Shown here piece after piece: positions 17,652 to 27,223 of a DNA stretch of 64,000 nucleotides. The DNA comes from an uncultured Clostridia bacterium. GTDB taxonomy: Bacteria > Bacillota > Limnochordia > DTU080 > RSA5. The stretch lies in NCBI GenBank assembly GCA_964424335.1, contig CAYRIY010000006.1:36-64035 (forward strand), read 5' to 3'. The stretch's first letter is position 1. Each line of letters starts with the position of its first letter. The position numbers and the translations under genes are program-made. Under the pieces are notes generated by a model. It worked only from the letters and a program-made list of their open reading frames with translations. It had not been told where the DNA came from and ran no database searches.

Positions 17652-20548
17652 GCCAGGCGGTCGCGGCCGAGCACCGTTCGCTCACGCACGTTCCACGGGT
17701 GTCCATAGGCGAGGTACTGTTCGCCCAGCGCGCCCTGTCCGACCACGGCCGCGGCCAGCCGACTGCTCCGACCGGGCTGCGTATCGATGCCAAGCCTCGC
17801 CTCACCAACTCGAAACATCGCCCAATACGGCTTGATCTCAAACTCGGTGTGCGCCGGTTTTTCTAAGGATACGACTCGGCGCACCACCTCAGGATCGGGG
17901 CCGACCGCTAGCCTCGCCGAACCGCCCTCTATGCCTGGAGCGTCGACCTCTCCCAAGACCGGTACGAGCACCGTAAACCGGTGCGCCCGCTCGAGCGCCG
18001 GCACGTAGATGGATGCGAAGTGGATCCAGTCGAGTAGCGCTCGCCTGGAAGTGGGCAGGCGCTCCGGCAACGGGACGTCGGCGAATGCGCCGGCGCCGAG
18101 CGAAGCGTAGTAGGGCGACGCTTGAACGAGGGCGCTGACCCGCCGGTAGCGGCGCTCTAGAAATTGCTGGTAAGCGCTGATGTCCGACGCCTCGATCGCG
18201 GCGTACGCAAATCCGATCGCAGAGCGCGTAAACGCCTGCCACGCCTCGGCCTGCGCCGCATCTTCCGGCATGACCGGGGGGAATTCGACCTCGTCGAACG
18301 AAGCGAAGGACGAGTTCCAGGCCTGGTTTAGCCGATTTATGTCGCCAAAGCGGTCCGTCAAAAACTGCCGGTATCGCTTGTGGATCGGGTCGGGACCTTG
18401 GGAGGGGCTCCACGGCACACGGGGCGTGCTCACGCCAGGACCTTCTCGCTCACTTGGATTTCCAAATAAAACGCCGGGCCTCTTGCGGGTGAGAAATTGC
18501 TCCACGATGCGGATGCTGCGAGCGCTTCCGATACATGCGGCCCCGACGCACTCGCCCAAGACCGGCTCGGTAAAGATCGAATCGTCAGGACATGGGTCCG
18601 TGGCGAGCCGGATCGCCCGGACGATGCCCGAAACGGTGCCACGCTCGGCAAACATCCGAGGCGCATGGCGAATCAGCAGGCGCTTGCGACCTTCATCCCA
18701 CGCCTCATCCAAGGCAAGTCCGAGCCAGCCTGCGAGCCACTCGAGCGATTCGGCCGGAGCCGTACGGGGATCAAAAAACACTTGTGCATTTGCGATCCGG
18801 TCCTCGAGCGCTGTGAACACGCCCTCAGGGTTGGCGAGAAACCGCTCGAGAAACGAAGCAGAGCTAGGGTCTTCCCTGTAGACTGCGGGCAAGTACTCCT
18901 CGAGGTACGAAAAGCGTGGATAATACACCCGAACGGCCCTCAACCGGGGCGTCGTCCTCCCATTGCCCGCAAGAGAGATGCGAAGCTGGAGGAAACGTCC
19001 CCGCGCCTTTTGCAACAAGAGCTCCCAAGTCCCTGCGCTCTTTGGCCCTCCGCTTTTTTGATCCAGATACGGACGGTAAAAGGGAATTTCCGCTCCCATC
19101 GGCCGCAAGTACGGGTCAGGCTCTCGCTGCCAGGGCGTCGCCTGTAGCATATGAGCGTCATCCGCCGCTCTGCTTTCGACCGTAATCGACGCTCCGGGGG
19201 GAATCACGGCGTCGAGCATGGCGCGGTGCCACACGCACGCGCGCTCTTTGCCGTCGAATGCAAGGCCTGCAAATCCGCCCGCTTCGAGGGGGACGCCCAC
19301 CACTGGGAGCACGCCCGCAGGCACGAAGCGCTTCCTTGGCTTTTCAGCGAGCTCTACCCAGGCGATCGCGCCTTGCTCAAACCGGTCGTAGTAGACGACT
19401 CCGTCACCCATTGTGCCTAAAGCCGCCACGAGGCCTCGTCCGCCAAAGCTCCTCATCGGCAGGTAACGCATTTCGAGTTCGAGCTCAAGGCCGAGCTCTC
19501 CGGACGGCAAGTCGCGAGCCGGATCGGCGGTGAGGGAGAACGCAAAGGACTGGTTGCCGTCCGCGCCCGTGATGTAGAGCGTGCCTGACGTGCGGCCGGG
19601 TTCAGGCAAGCTGCCCTCTTTTCGCGGAAGAAACGCGAAGTCAAACGCCGTGAACGGCTCGTCCTCAAAGACGCCATGGGGCGCGGCGACGCCATATGGA
19701 CGACTGCCTACGAAACGGCGCACCCGTGCGTCGCCGGCGCCGGCGTCGAGGATCAGCACGGAGCCGTCCGATAGAGCCTCGATCGCGATCGGATTTTCAG
19801 CCTCAAAGGGCGCGGCGTCCTCGAGCGCGATGCCCGTGGGGAAGGTTCTCGCAGGCTTCGGCTGGCGCTCAGGTCCGTCTTCCGGGTGAAAGTGAAACGC
19901 ATGTGCCGGTTCGATTTCGACGCGCTCCTGATCGACGTCGAGCGTTTGGAAATGCCGATCCAACACCCAATACCTCGAATGCTCCCGATCGAGTATGTAC
20001 AGGAGCCCGCCTGGACCTGCCGCCATGTCGTACGGCGCAAAAGGGATTTCGCTTGGCCAATCCATCCAAAGCGGCGGACCGCCCGCATGCAGGTCGAAGA
20101 TGATCAATCCGGCCGGATCGAGGGCGCCCGCGACCAGGTAGCGCTCCTCGGTTACGGCAAGCCCGCGCATCCGTGCAAACTGCGCGGTGGGTGGCGGCGC
20201 CTCGGGCCCAAAATCGCCCGGGCTAGGCGTTTGGAGTTCGGGCTCTTGCCCTGGCCAAAAGAGCTCGGGCCGTGCGAGCCCTGCAGGAAGCATGTAGATC
20301 GCGTCGCCTTCGCCTGAAATCCAGTACCAGTTGCCATGCGGGTCGATGGCCGCTCCATTGCGGCGCTCCAAAGAAGGAGGAACTTCGGAGGGCGACCGCT
20401 CAAATCGAAAGAGCCGACGCGCCAGGATCACGGAGTTCGACGCATCGTCCCAAGCGATGCCCCGATCCGGGCCGCCCGCCTCATGAAGCGCGGGTCGCCA
20501 GTTCGCCTCGCCGATCAGCATGTGAAATCGTGTTTGGTTGGCGTCCAA
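17648..20548 (-). CDS. eCIS baseplate protein (Afp12/Pvc12-like, P2 gpI-like C-terminus)
   Basis: About 960 aa, a size typical of Afp12. The C-terminal region resembles phage tail protein I. It lies immediately downstream of the baseplate J gene and ends in an ATGA overlap with the next gene. Confidence 0.55.
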   Translation of the reverse strand: MDANQTRFHMLIGEANWRPALHEAGGPDRGIAWDDASNSVILARRLFRFERSPSEVPPSLERRNGAAIDPHGNWYWISGEGDAIYMLPAGLARPELFWPGQEPELQTPSPGDFGPEAPPPTAQFARMRGLAVTEERYLVAGALDPAGLIIFDLHAGGPPLWMDWPSEIPFAPYDMAAGPGGLLYILDREHSRYWVLDRHFQTLDVDQERVEIEPAHAFHFHPEDGPERQPKPARTFPTGIALEDAAPFEAENPIAIEALSDGSVLILDAGAGDARVRRFVGSRPYGVAAPHGVFEDEPFTAFDFAFLPRKEGSLPEPGRTSGTLYITGADGNQSFAFSLTADPARDLPSGELGLELELEMRYLPMRSFGGRGLVAALGTMGDGVVYYDRFEQGAIAWVELAEKPRKRFVPAGVLPVVGVPLEAGGFAGLAFDGKERACVWHRAMLDAVIPPGASITVESRAADDAHMLQATPWQREPDPYLRPMGAEIPFYRPYLDQKSGGPKSAGTWELLLQKARGRFLQLRISLAGNGRTTPRLRAVRVYYPRFSYLEEYLPAVYREDPSSASFLERFLANPEGVFTALEDRIANAQVFFDPRTAPAESLEWLAGWLGLALDEAWDEGRKRLLIRHAPRMFAERGTVSGIVRAIRLATDPCPDDSIFTEPVLGECVGAACIGSARSIRIVEQFLTRKRPGVLFGNPSEREGPGVSTPRVPWSPSQGPDPIHKRYRQFLTDRFGDINRLNQAWNSSFASFDEVEFPPVMPEDAAQAEAWQAFTRSAIGFAYAAIEASDISAYQQFLERRYRRVSALVQASPYYASLGAGAFADVPLPERLPTSRRALLDWIHFASIYVPALERAHRFTVLVPVLGEVDAPGIEGGSARLAVGPDPEVVRRVVSLEKPAHTEFEIKPYWAMFRVGEARLGIDTQPGRSSRLAAAVVGQGALGEQYLAYGHPWNVRERTVLGRDRLA

Positions 20549-20607
20549 CCTGCGTCACCTCCTTTTCGTCGGTCGGATTGGCAGACACTTGATTCGTTCG
20601 CGCTGGA

Positions 20608-22824
20608 TCAGCACTCGTCCGGCACCACCGGAACCGGGATCAATGAGCTCGAAGCGCCGTCCGGATCGGGCGCGCCGCCGAGGAGTCGCTCCGGCAGCTC
20701 CGGCTCCCCTTGGGCTACGCCGACTTTGAGAAGGCGCGGAAGTTCGAGACCTGAGATCGAGACTTCCTCGACGCTGACGCCGCTCGCGTCGATCAACAGG
20801 AGTTCGTTAACGAACGCGACGCCATCGACCCGCGCCGCCTCCGCCCACAGTTCCTTTGCAATCACGGCCCTGCCTCGGGGCCAGCCTTCGCCTTCCCTCC
20901 CGCCGTACAATGGCGAGAGAAACCGCTTGAGCGCCTTTGCAACGGCGTCGCGAACAGGAGGAAAGTCTCGGCCGGCCGCTGTTTCGATTCCCACCGACAC
21001 GTGGACCGGCTTGTACTTTGGACCGCGAACGTGCACCTCGGTCGTGACGAGGCGGCGCGGCTCGATGTGCCGGCAAATCGCATCGAGGAAAAGATTGTCG
21101 GGAACCGGAGCGTCCGGCTGGAGCCGGTCGACTTTGGGAATCGCAAGGAGCGTAACCACGCCGGGCATCACGATATCCGGCAGGTCCGGGTGAAAGGTCG
21201 GCAAAACCTCGAGGCGGCCGATGTCCACCCCGGGCGTCCGCAGCGCCACTTCTTCAAAATCGTTCAACGAGACCAATCGGTCCTTGTGGCGAATAAACGC
21301 GGGGATATTTCGCTCAGCCTCATCGACCGTCTCTGCGTCGTCCCCGCCCCAGGTCGGCAGGGGGTTTGTCACTTTGACCCCGCTTGGAAGCGCCGGCGCT
21401 TTGCTGATGGCCCCGATCCCGAGATTGCCGGCCTGACCGCCCCCGTAGGCGTAGCTCACCCGGATCACGGTTCCCAACGGAGGCCGTGCGCCTCGCAGGC
21501 CGTCTCCGAAGCGAATCACGCCTGCCTCAGGGTCGAGCGTAAAGACATTGGACGGCGCATCCTTGGCGCTCGTCCGAACATGGGGCAGGATGCCTTCGGT
21601 CTGGGGGACCTCGGGTCCCGCCGCAAATAAGTCGTCGATTTGTTCCCAGGCGACGCCGTCTACCGTAAGGCGCACCGAACCGGAAATCACGGGCTTATGT
21701 ACGAGACTCACCGCCTGGTCGGGCTCGCCCGTCCCCCGCCCTGCAATCTCCGATACCACGTTTGTCTGCTGAACCACCCTGGCCGCATTGATGCCGACCC
21801 AGCCGATGCGCGCCCGACCTCCGCCTCGCGTCTTGCGGTCGGACAGCCGGATCCTGATCCATGTCACGATCCGGTCTTCTTCAGCGTCGTCCTCGAGCGA
21901 TGGCGGAAAGTCGCCGGTCCCCTTGGTGAGCGGCTCCGTAATCTCCCACATGTTGAGCTGATCGGCCCCGGGGAGGCGAAGTTTCACCACGCCCGGCGCG
22001 CCAAGGACGTCTGCATCGGATTCGGCTTGGAGCCTGTCGTACAGTGGGGCGCCCGTAGCCGGGTCGACTTTGTCGGTTGCAATTTCAAATACAAGGGATG
22101 TGCGTAAACCGGCCGTCGAAGCGCCGACAGGGTGCAGCGTGCGCCCCTCCTCCTCAACCTCCGGCAGCACGCCAAGACTCAAAACCCGTCCTGCGATCAC
22201 GGGACGAGCGTCGCCGGGCGTCTCCCTGGGCCGTGCAAGAAGCGCTACCCATAGGGAGTCGTCCACCGTATCGGACGCTAGGTCGACAACGGAGTACGAG
22301 GAAGCGTCGACCGGCGGTTCGAGCGGGGTGGTCTCGTAAAACGCGAGGTTGTCTGCGGCGTCGGCGCCGCCGTAGAGTTTGGCGTAAAGGCTGCGCACTT
22401 CTGCCTGCCGCTCTTCTGAGAGCGTGCGCTTGTAATACACCTTCGCCTCCACGGGCAAGACGTCGAGCGCGTCTTGCGTGCGAAACGGGAGCTGTCCGGC
22501 GAGGACTTCCAGATCGGCCGCGAGCGTCAGCGACTCTAGACTGCCGCGCACGTTGGCAAACGTCACGATGCCCCGCGCCGGAGTCGCCGGCTGCATCGGC
22601 ACACCGAGCAGCGAGAGGAACTTTCGCCTGTTTCGCTCAGGGATCTGATTGCTCCGATAGAGCAGGTTTTCCGTCATGAAAGCAAAGAGCTCGAGCAGGG
22701 TGACACCCGGGTCGCTCTCGTTGAAGTTGGTCCATTCCGGGTTGTACACCCGGATGCGGGCGAGCGCGTCGTTTAGGATTTCTCTGTAGGACCGGTCGTC
22801 AATCTTGGGAATCTCGATCGGCAT
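20608..22824 (-). CDS. baseplate J-like protein (Afp11/gp6-like)
   Basis: N-terminus IPKIDDRSYREILNDALARIRVYNPEWTNFNESDPGVTLLELFAFMTENLLYRSNQIPERNRRKFLSLLG matches the conserved N-terminus of the eCIS baseplate J family. Confidence 0.75.
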   Translation of the reverse strand: MPIEIPKIDDRSYREILNDALARIRVYNPEWTNFNESDPGVTLLELFAFMTENLLYRSNQIPERNRRKFLSLLGVPMQPATPARGIVTFANVRGSLESLTLAADLEVLAGQLPFRTQDALDVLPVEAKVYYKRTLSEERQAEVRSLYAKLYGGADAADNLAFYETTPLEPPVDASSYSVVDLASDTVDDSLWVALLARPRETPGDARPVIAGRVLSLGVLPEVEEEGRTLHPVGASTAGLRTSLVFEIATDKVDPATGAPLYDRLQAESDADVLGAPGVVKLRLPGADQLNMWEITEPLTKGTGDFPPSLEDDAEEDRIVTWIRIRLSDRKTRGGGRARIGWVGINAARVVQQTNVVSEIAGRGTGEPDQAVSLVHKPVISGSVRLTVDGVAWEQIDDLFAAGPEVPQTEGILPHVRTSAKDAPSNVFTLDPEAGVIRFGDGLRGARPPLGTVIRVSYAYGGGQAGNLGIGAISKAPALPSGVKVTNPLPTWGGDDAETVDEAERNIPAFIRHKDRLVSLNDFEEVALRTPGVDIGRLEVLPTFHPDLPDIVMPGVVTLLAIPKVDRLQPDAPVPDNLFLDAICRHIEPRRLVTTEVHVRGPKYKPVHVSVGIETAAGRDFPPVRDAVAKALKRFLSPLYGGREGEGWPRGRAVIAKELWAEAARVDGVAFVNELLLIDASGVSVEEVSISGLELPRLLKVGVAQGEPELPERLLGGAPDPDGASSSLIPVPVVPDEC

Positions 22825-22830
22825 CGGTCG

Positions 22831-23301
22831 TCACTCCCCTCCAAGGCGCACTAAGACCGAAGCGCTCTCTTGGCGTCCGTCGCTCACGAGCCGGTAGTGG
22901 ATCGTTACATGTGCGATCGCGGGGTCGTGTGGGTCCGCCTCCACCGCCACCCCGTCGAGGCGGATGCGCGGCTCCCACATGGCGAGGGATTGCGTGACGC
23001 GCTCCTCGATCAACCTCCGGGTCGACGCTGTGTTCGGTTCGAAGAGAAAGCGCCGTAAGCCCCCGCCAAACGAGGGCAACATCAAGCGCTCACCGGCCTC
23101 GGTCGATAAGATCACGCGAATCGACTCCCGAATGTTCTGCGGCCCCTCCGACCAGGCCATTCGCCCGTCCTCGCCAAGCCGTGGCGGAAAGGATATGCCC
23201 TTGCTTTTAGGTCTCGTGATCGCCATGTCGCTGGTTCCTTTCAATCCGTCCCTAGTCAGCCGTACCCTAGTCAGCCGTAGCTCCCTATCGGCGCCCGTCA
23301 C
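22831..23301 (-). CDS. baseplate wedge protein gp25/GPW-like (Afp9)
   Basis: IRESIRVILSTEAGERLMLPSFGGGLRRFLFEPNT...LAMWEPRI is the typical GPW_gp25 signature. Confidence 0.8.
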   Translation of the reverse strand: MTGADRELRLTRVRLTRDGLKGTSDMAITRPKSKGISFPPRLGEDGRMAWSEGPQNIRESIRVILSTEAGERLMLPSFGGGLRRFLFEPNTASTRRLIEERVTQSLAMWEPRIRLDGVAVEADPHDPAIAHVTIHYRLVSDGRQESASVLVRLGGE

Positions 23302-23331
23302 ACCACTTGCCGACGAAACGCTCCCTTTTCA

Positions 23332-25050
23332 CTAACGGCGAATCGGGAAGCAAATCTTACAAAACGGCAGCCACCAAAAGACGAAGTTGAGCGCTTGCAA
23401 AATGATCAAGAGCAAGATCATGGCGCAGATCGTGATGATCGGAATCGACAAGGTGCAAACCATTCCCAAGTCAAAGCTGCGCCCGGGACCCGGCCCTTCT
23501 TCGAGTTCGCTGAAATTTAAGCCCCGGAGCCGCTCCATCTGGCTGCGAAGCTGTTTGGATGCAAAGAACGACACGTCGCGCTTAAACTTTCTGAGGCCCG
23601 ACACGCTCGTATCGATCGGAAGCGAGATCCGGACCGGACGAGTCGGGGCGTCCGGGTCGAAAAACGAAGCGATTTGAAAGGGTCGAGACGCTTCGCTCAC
23701 GAGCGGCGGGTGCAGGTCCATGCAGTGCGGTCGCTCGTAAACGCATCGAATGACGTAGTGCGCCCCGGCGTCTGCGTCCATCATCGGGAGTGTGGGAACG
23801 CTCGAGGCGCCGGATGGATCGGGGGGCGGTTCATAAGGGCCGAGCGTCGGGACGACCGCCTCGAATTGCCCGCGCAATGCGTCGATCTTGCCTTTGGTAA
23901 CCACGCTTGGATCGATCGTGAACGACTCCGCGTTTGGATCGCCTGCAAGCAGCGCTTCACGGTCGTTCCAGACGGCGACGAGCGCTTCGGCCCAGGTCGT
24001 TTCAGAAACGCCGATTCGTTCGGTTAGCAATCGATCTGCGAGGAGCTCCACGGGGCCCGAGGGCGACTCGAGGCCGCCCGAGTTCCAATCGCTTTCCACG
24101 ATCGCCCACACCGGCGCGAAGTGGTCGTGTAAGAGCTCTGCCAAGTCGTACAGGATGAACGTCGACGCCTCGGCGGCCTCGGCCTCCGATGTCGATGCGC
24201 GCAGGAGATTTCGTAAGGAACGCTCGACCCGCGACTCGAACTGCGCGATACGGGGATCCACCTCACCAGGGACGGATCCTGGGTCGACATAGGGGCTCGC
24301 CGATCCCTTCGCCTCATAACTCTCCCTGCTCGACACCGGAATGAGGCCGGCGAGCACACGCCGTTTTTGTCCGTCCATGTCAAAGAACACGCCAAAGAGC
24401 GGGTGACGCTCTTCGGATGATCCGTCGAACGACCCGAGGCGACCGGCATCCGCAAGGGGCCGCCAGCCAAGTTCGGAGCCAGCCCACGCCTCCTCGACGT
24501 AGGTTGCGGGATCTGCCGGGTCCACCTCGCCCTGTGCGTTTTTCGGCGCAAGGCGGCGCAGGACAAAAGACGCGCTCTCCTCCTTGGCCGGATCGATCGT
24601 GCGGCAGGGCAGTCCCGGGATGCGGCACACGAGGTCGGCCGCCACCAAGTAGTAGCGCTTGTGCGCCGGTTGGAAGAGCTTATAGGCCATCTGGCTCCAC
24701 CGGACATCGTTTGACGGCAGCCAACCTGCACGCTCGTCCCTCCACGTCTCGGGCTGCGCGACGTACTCGGGCAGCCTCTCGGGCGAACGTTCCAACAGCG
24801 CAAGCAGGTCATCCATAAACTCGTCTCGATCGAAACGGAGCACGATGGGGCGAAAGAGGGCGGCGGCATCGGAGTCGGAAAGCGCCCGGTCCCAGATCGG
24901 GGCGGGGGCGCGCCACTCGGGGACGTGCTCCACGTTGCGCAATCGGTTTTGGCGCGCAAGTGCGCCAACTGAATGCCTCTTGACAGAGGGCGTCCCGTTT
25001 CGATGGCCCGATTTGACGGTGGCCGCTGGTACGGCCCGCATCATTACCAT
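23332..25050 (-). CDS. hypothetical eCIS protein with a C-terminal transmembrane/tail-anchor segment
   Basis: Soluble 520 aa with no recognised motif, then a terminal hydrophobic stretch LSIPIITICAMILLLIILQALNFVFWWLPF. Sits between gpV and gp25 and overlaps the gpV stop. Confidence 0.4.
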   Translation of the reverse strand: MVMMRAVPAATVKSGHRNGTPSVKRHSVGALARQNRLRNVEHVPEWRAPAPIWDRALSDSDAAALFRPIVLRFDRDEFMDDLLALLERSPERLPEYVAQPETWRDERAGWLPSNDVRWSQMAYKLFQPAHKRYYLVAADLVCRIPGLPCRTIDPAKEESASFVLRRLAPKNAQGEVDPADPATYVEEAWAGSELGWRPLADAGRLGSFDGSSEERHPLFGVFFDMDGQKRRVLAGLIPVSSRESYEAKGSASPYVDPGSVPGEVDPRIAQFESRVERSLRNLLRASTSEAEAAEASTFILYDLAELLHDHFAPVWAIVESDWNSGGLESPSGPVELLADRLLTERIGVSETTWAEALVAVWNDREALLAGDPNAESFTIDPSVVTKGKIDALRGQFEAVVPTLGPYEPPPDPSGASSVPTLPMMDADAGAHYVIRCVYERPHCMDLHPPLVSEASRPFQIASFFDPDAPTRPVRISLPIDTSVSGLRKFKRDVSFFASKQLRSQMERLRGLNFSELEEGPGPGRSFDLGMVCTLSIPIITICAMILLLIILQALNFVFWWLPFCKICFPIRR

Positions 25051-25778
25051 ACGTTTCCTGCCCCCGGGGTGTAGCTTGCGCTCACCACTGAGTTGGCGAT
25101 CAAGGTGGGCGCCTGGACGACGCCGCTAAAACGGGACATGCCGGCATTTACGGTCAGCATGCCCGCCGTCACCTCGACCGTGGCCCCGGCGTTGATCGTG
25201 ACCTTTGCCGTCGCGTTTACCGTAATGCCGCCCGTATCCATCGTCACGCTGTTTCCATTGCTATCCCGCACCTCGATCGATCCGGGTCCGTCTTGCAAAA
25301 CGATCGTTTGGCCGCCCGGCGTCTCCAACACGAGCGACTCCTGACCGTCCGTGTCGTCAAAGGTCACCTTGACGCCGTTGCGGGTCGTGATGCTCTTGAT
25401 CGAGTTAAGCCCCGCGGCGTCCATCGACTCAGGGGGATTGTCTCGGCCGTTCCACAGGGCGCCTACCACGTAAGGCCTCCTCGGGTCGCCGGCCTCAAAC
25501 GAGACCAGCACTTCGTCGTCGATGTCGGGAATGAACCAACTGCCGCGGTCGGCCCCGGCCATCATCGTCGCAAGGCGCGCCCAGACCTCATAAGCGCTCC
25601 CCTTTGTATCCGGAGACCAAGGGAGGCGCACTTTGACACGGCCAAGCCCCTCGGGGTCCGCGATGTCGCTCACGAGCGCTGAGTACACACCGTAAAACCG
25701 CCCGCCGTAACCGACAGGCGCCCTCTCGTTTAGTTCCGTCGTCAGCGTCGTCTGCAAACCGCTCACACTCCCAACCAC
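25044..25778 (-). CDS. spike protein, phage baseplate assembly protein V / gp5-like (C-terminal half of VgrG)
   Basis: GVYSALVSDIADPEGLGRVKVRLPW...WARLATMMAGADRGSWFIPDIDDEVLVSFEAGDPRRPYVVGALWN matches the gpV/Gp5 OB-fold signature. A Gly-rich beta-helix tail follows. Confidence 0.8.
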   Translation of the reverse strand: MVGSVSGLQTTLTTELNERAPVGYGGRFYGVYSALVSDIADPEGLGRVKVRLPWSPDTKGSAYEVWARLATMMAGADRGSWFIPDIDDEVLVSFEAGDPRRPYVVGALWNGRDNPPESMDAAGLNSIKSITTRNGVKVTFDDTDGQESLVLETPGGQTIVLQDGPGSIEVRDSNGNSVTMDTGGITVNATAKVTINAGATVEVTAGMLTVNAGMSRFSGVVQAPTLIANSVVSASYTPGAGNVW

Positions 25779-26848
25779 GGGCGTTCCACGCGAAACTCCG
25801 TGCGATACCCTTGAGCCTCGTCAAATAAATGCCGCGCCTCGACCACGTCGTATGCTCCGTTAAAGATCGGGTCGAGACCCGATAGGACGACTTTGGATCC
25901 CACCGTCAATCTGCCGTCGCCTTCGGATGTCCCGCGCCCCGTCACAAATCGCCGGGCCGCACGTCGGTAGTAAGCCTCCGCGATCGCTCTCGCCTCTTGG
26001 TCGCTCTCCGGAGCATGGTGTACGATCTGCTCGGCACGCTCACCAAAGGCTTGTCTGAGCAGCGGGCCCCCTGCGACCTCGCCTTGGAGATCAGATCGTA
26101 TCGCCGCATCGTCGACCCGCACATCGATCGGCTCCTTCGCGGCAACGTCCCACCCGGAGACCGTTACCGACGTCCTCTGACCGGCGAGGTCCGCCAAGAC
26201 CGAAAACTCACGAAGTCGCTGACCGTACGTGAGCGCAATCTCCGATCCCTCGCGCCGCCCGCGAGACGCTACGCGCAACTCCTCGCCTTTTACCCAAACC
26301 TCAGCGTCGATCGCTCGTGCTCGTTCCCGCAAAAACGCAAGGTCGCTCTGGTTTACCTGGGTGATGGCCTTGTGCGTAACAGAAGCGTCGACGTCGATCC
26401 TTGGCGTGAGATTGTGATCGCTCGCCACTTGACGAAAGATCGCCTCGTCCGTCACGTCTTCGAACGACCGGGTCCGGCGGGTCATCCGCAGGTCTTGTAG
26501 CCGGTCCTCTGCGAGGACGGTCAACTCAGGGGGCCTGGTTTGAGGAAACCGCCCTTCCAATCCCATAATCCGACCCTCGAACACCGTGGCAGCCGTCTCG
26601 CCCACGCCCATGCGGACCTCGAGCGCCTTGCCGAAATCGAGGAGGCGGCGATCCAAGTAGAGGTAGCCGACTTCGCCTCCCTTGGCGCCCCAGTTGCCAA
26701 GCGTGATTTCGCACCGGTACAGCCCCGCCGTCGTCTCCTCGACCATGAGTGAGAGAACCCCGTCGGCAAGCTCGGGTTGGTCCGCCCCGTCAACCAGGAG
26801 GACGGGCCGGGCCGAGTAAAAGGCGGGCGTGCTCGGGAGTGCGCTCAT
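25763..26848 (-). CDS. phage late control gene D-like hub protein (N-terminal half of VgrG, gp27-like)
   Basis: gpD-family layout. The position is immediately upstream of gpV with an overlapping stop/start. Confidence 0.75.
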   Translation of the reverse strand: MSALPSTPAFYSARPVLLVDGADQPELADGVLSLMVEETTAGLYRCEITLGNWGAKGGEVGYLYLDRRLLDFGKALEVRMGVGETAATVFEGRIMGLEGRFPQTRPPELTVLAEDRLQDLRMTRRTRSFEDVTDEAIFRQVASDHNLTPRIDVDASVTHKAITQVNQSDLAFLRERARAIDAEVWVKGEELRVASRGRREGSEIALTYGQRLREFSVLADLAGQRTSVTVSGWDVAAKEPIDVRVDDAAIRSDLQGEVAGGPLLRQAFGERAEQIVHHAPESDQEARAIAEAYYRRAARRFVTGRGTSEGDGRLTVGSKVVLSGLDPIFNGAYDVVEARHLFDEAQGYRTEFRVERPWLGV

Positions 26849-26854
26849 CGGCTC

Positions 26855-27025
26855 TTAGTGCGCCTCGACCCGCGCCAAACGCTCGGCTCGCTGGCGCAGA
26901 ATTTCTGCGATATCCCTGGGCGATACGCCGACCGATGGACTGCCATTGGCGGGCTGTCCCCTTTCCAAAGAGCCTTGCGGCGCATCGTCCGCGATCACTT
27001 CAAATTCGTTGATGATGACTGCCAT
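26855..27025 (-). CDS. small ORF (56 aa) not in the ORF track, possible Afp6-like small eCIS component
   Basis: ATG at 27025 with GGAGGAG 8 nt upstream. Translates to MAVIINEFEVIADDAPQGSLERGQPANGSPSVGVSPRDIAEILRQRAERLARVEAH. Its stop lies 6 nt before the gpD ATG. Confidence 0.4.
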   Translation of the reverse strand: MAVIINEFEVIADDAPQGSLERGQPANGSPSVGVSPRDIAEILRQRAERLARVEAH

Positions 27026-27046
27026 GTGATCATCTCCTCCTGCTAT

Positions 27047-27181
27047 GGCGGTAGGGTCCTTCCTGTGGAAACGCTCGCTGCGCGCCCTCCTGGCGCTCCA
27101 CTCGCTCGGCCCTCGGGACCTACCGCCATCGTGGCTCCCGGCCCCTCCGGCACGTTCCCCAGGAAGGACCCTACCACCGCC
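27047..27181 (-). repeat. structured intergenic element A (paralog of element B), closing stem ggcggtagggtccttcctg / caggaaggaccctacc(ac)cgcc
   Basis: Core gtggaaacgctc...cgcgccctcctggcgctcc...cgccatcgtggct...cacgttcccc is conserved with the element at 32199-32339. Ends 14 nt upstream of the RBS of the small ORF. Confidence 0.6.
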
Positions 27182-27223
27182 GATCTCGCGCTCTTGTTGC
27201 GACGTGCTGCGATACGTGAGCCA

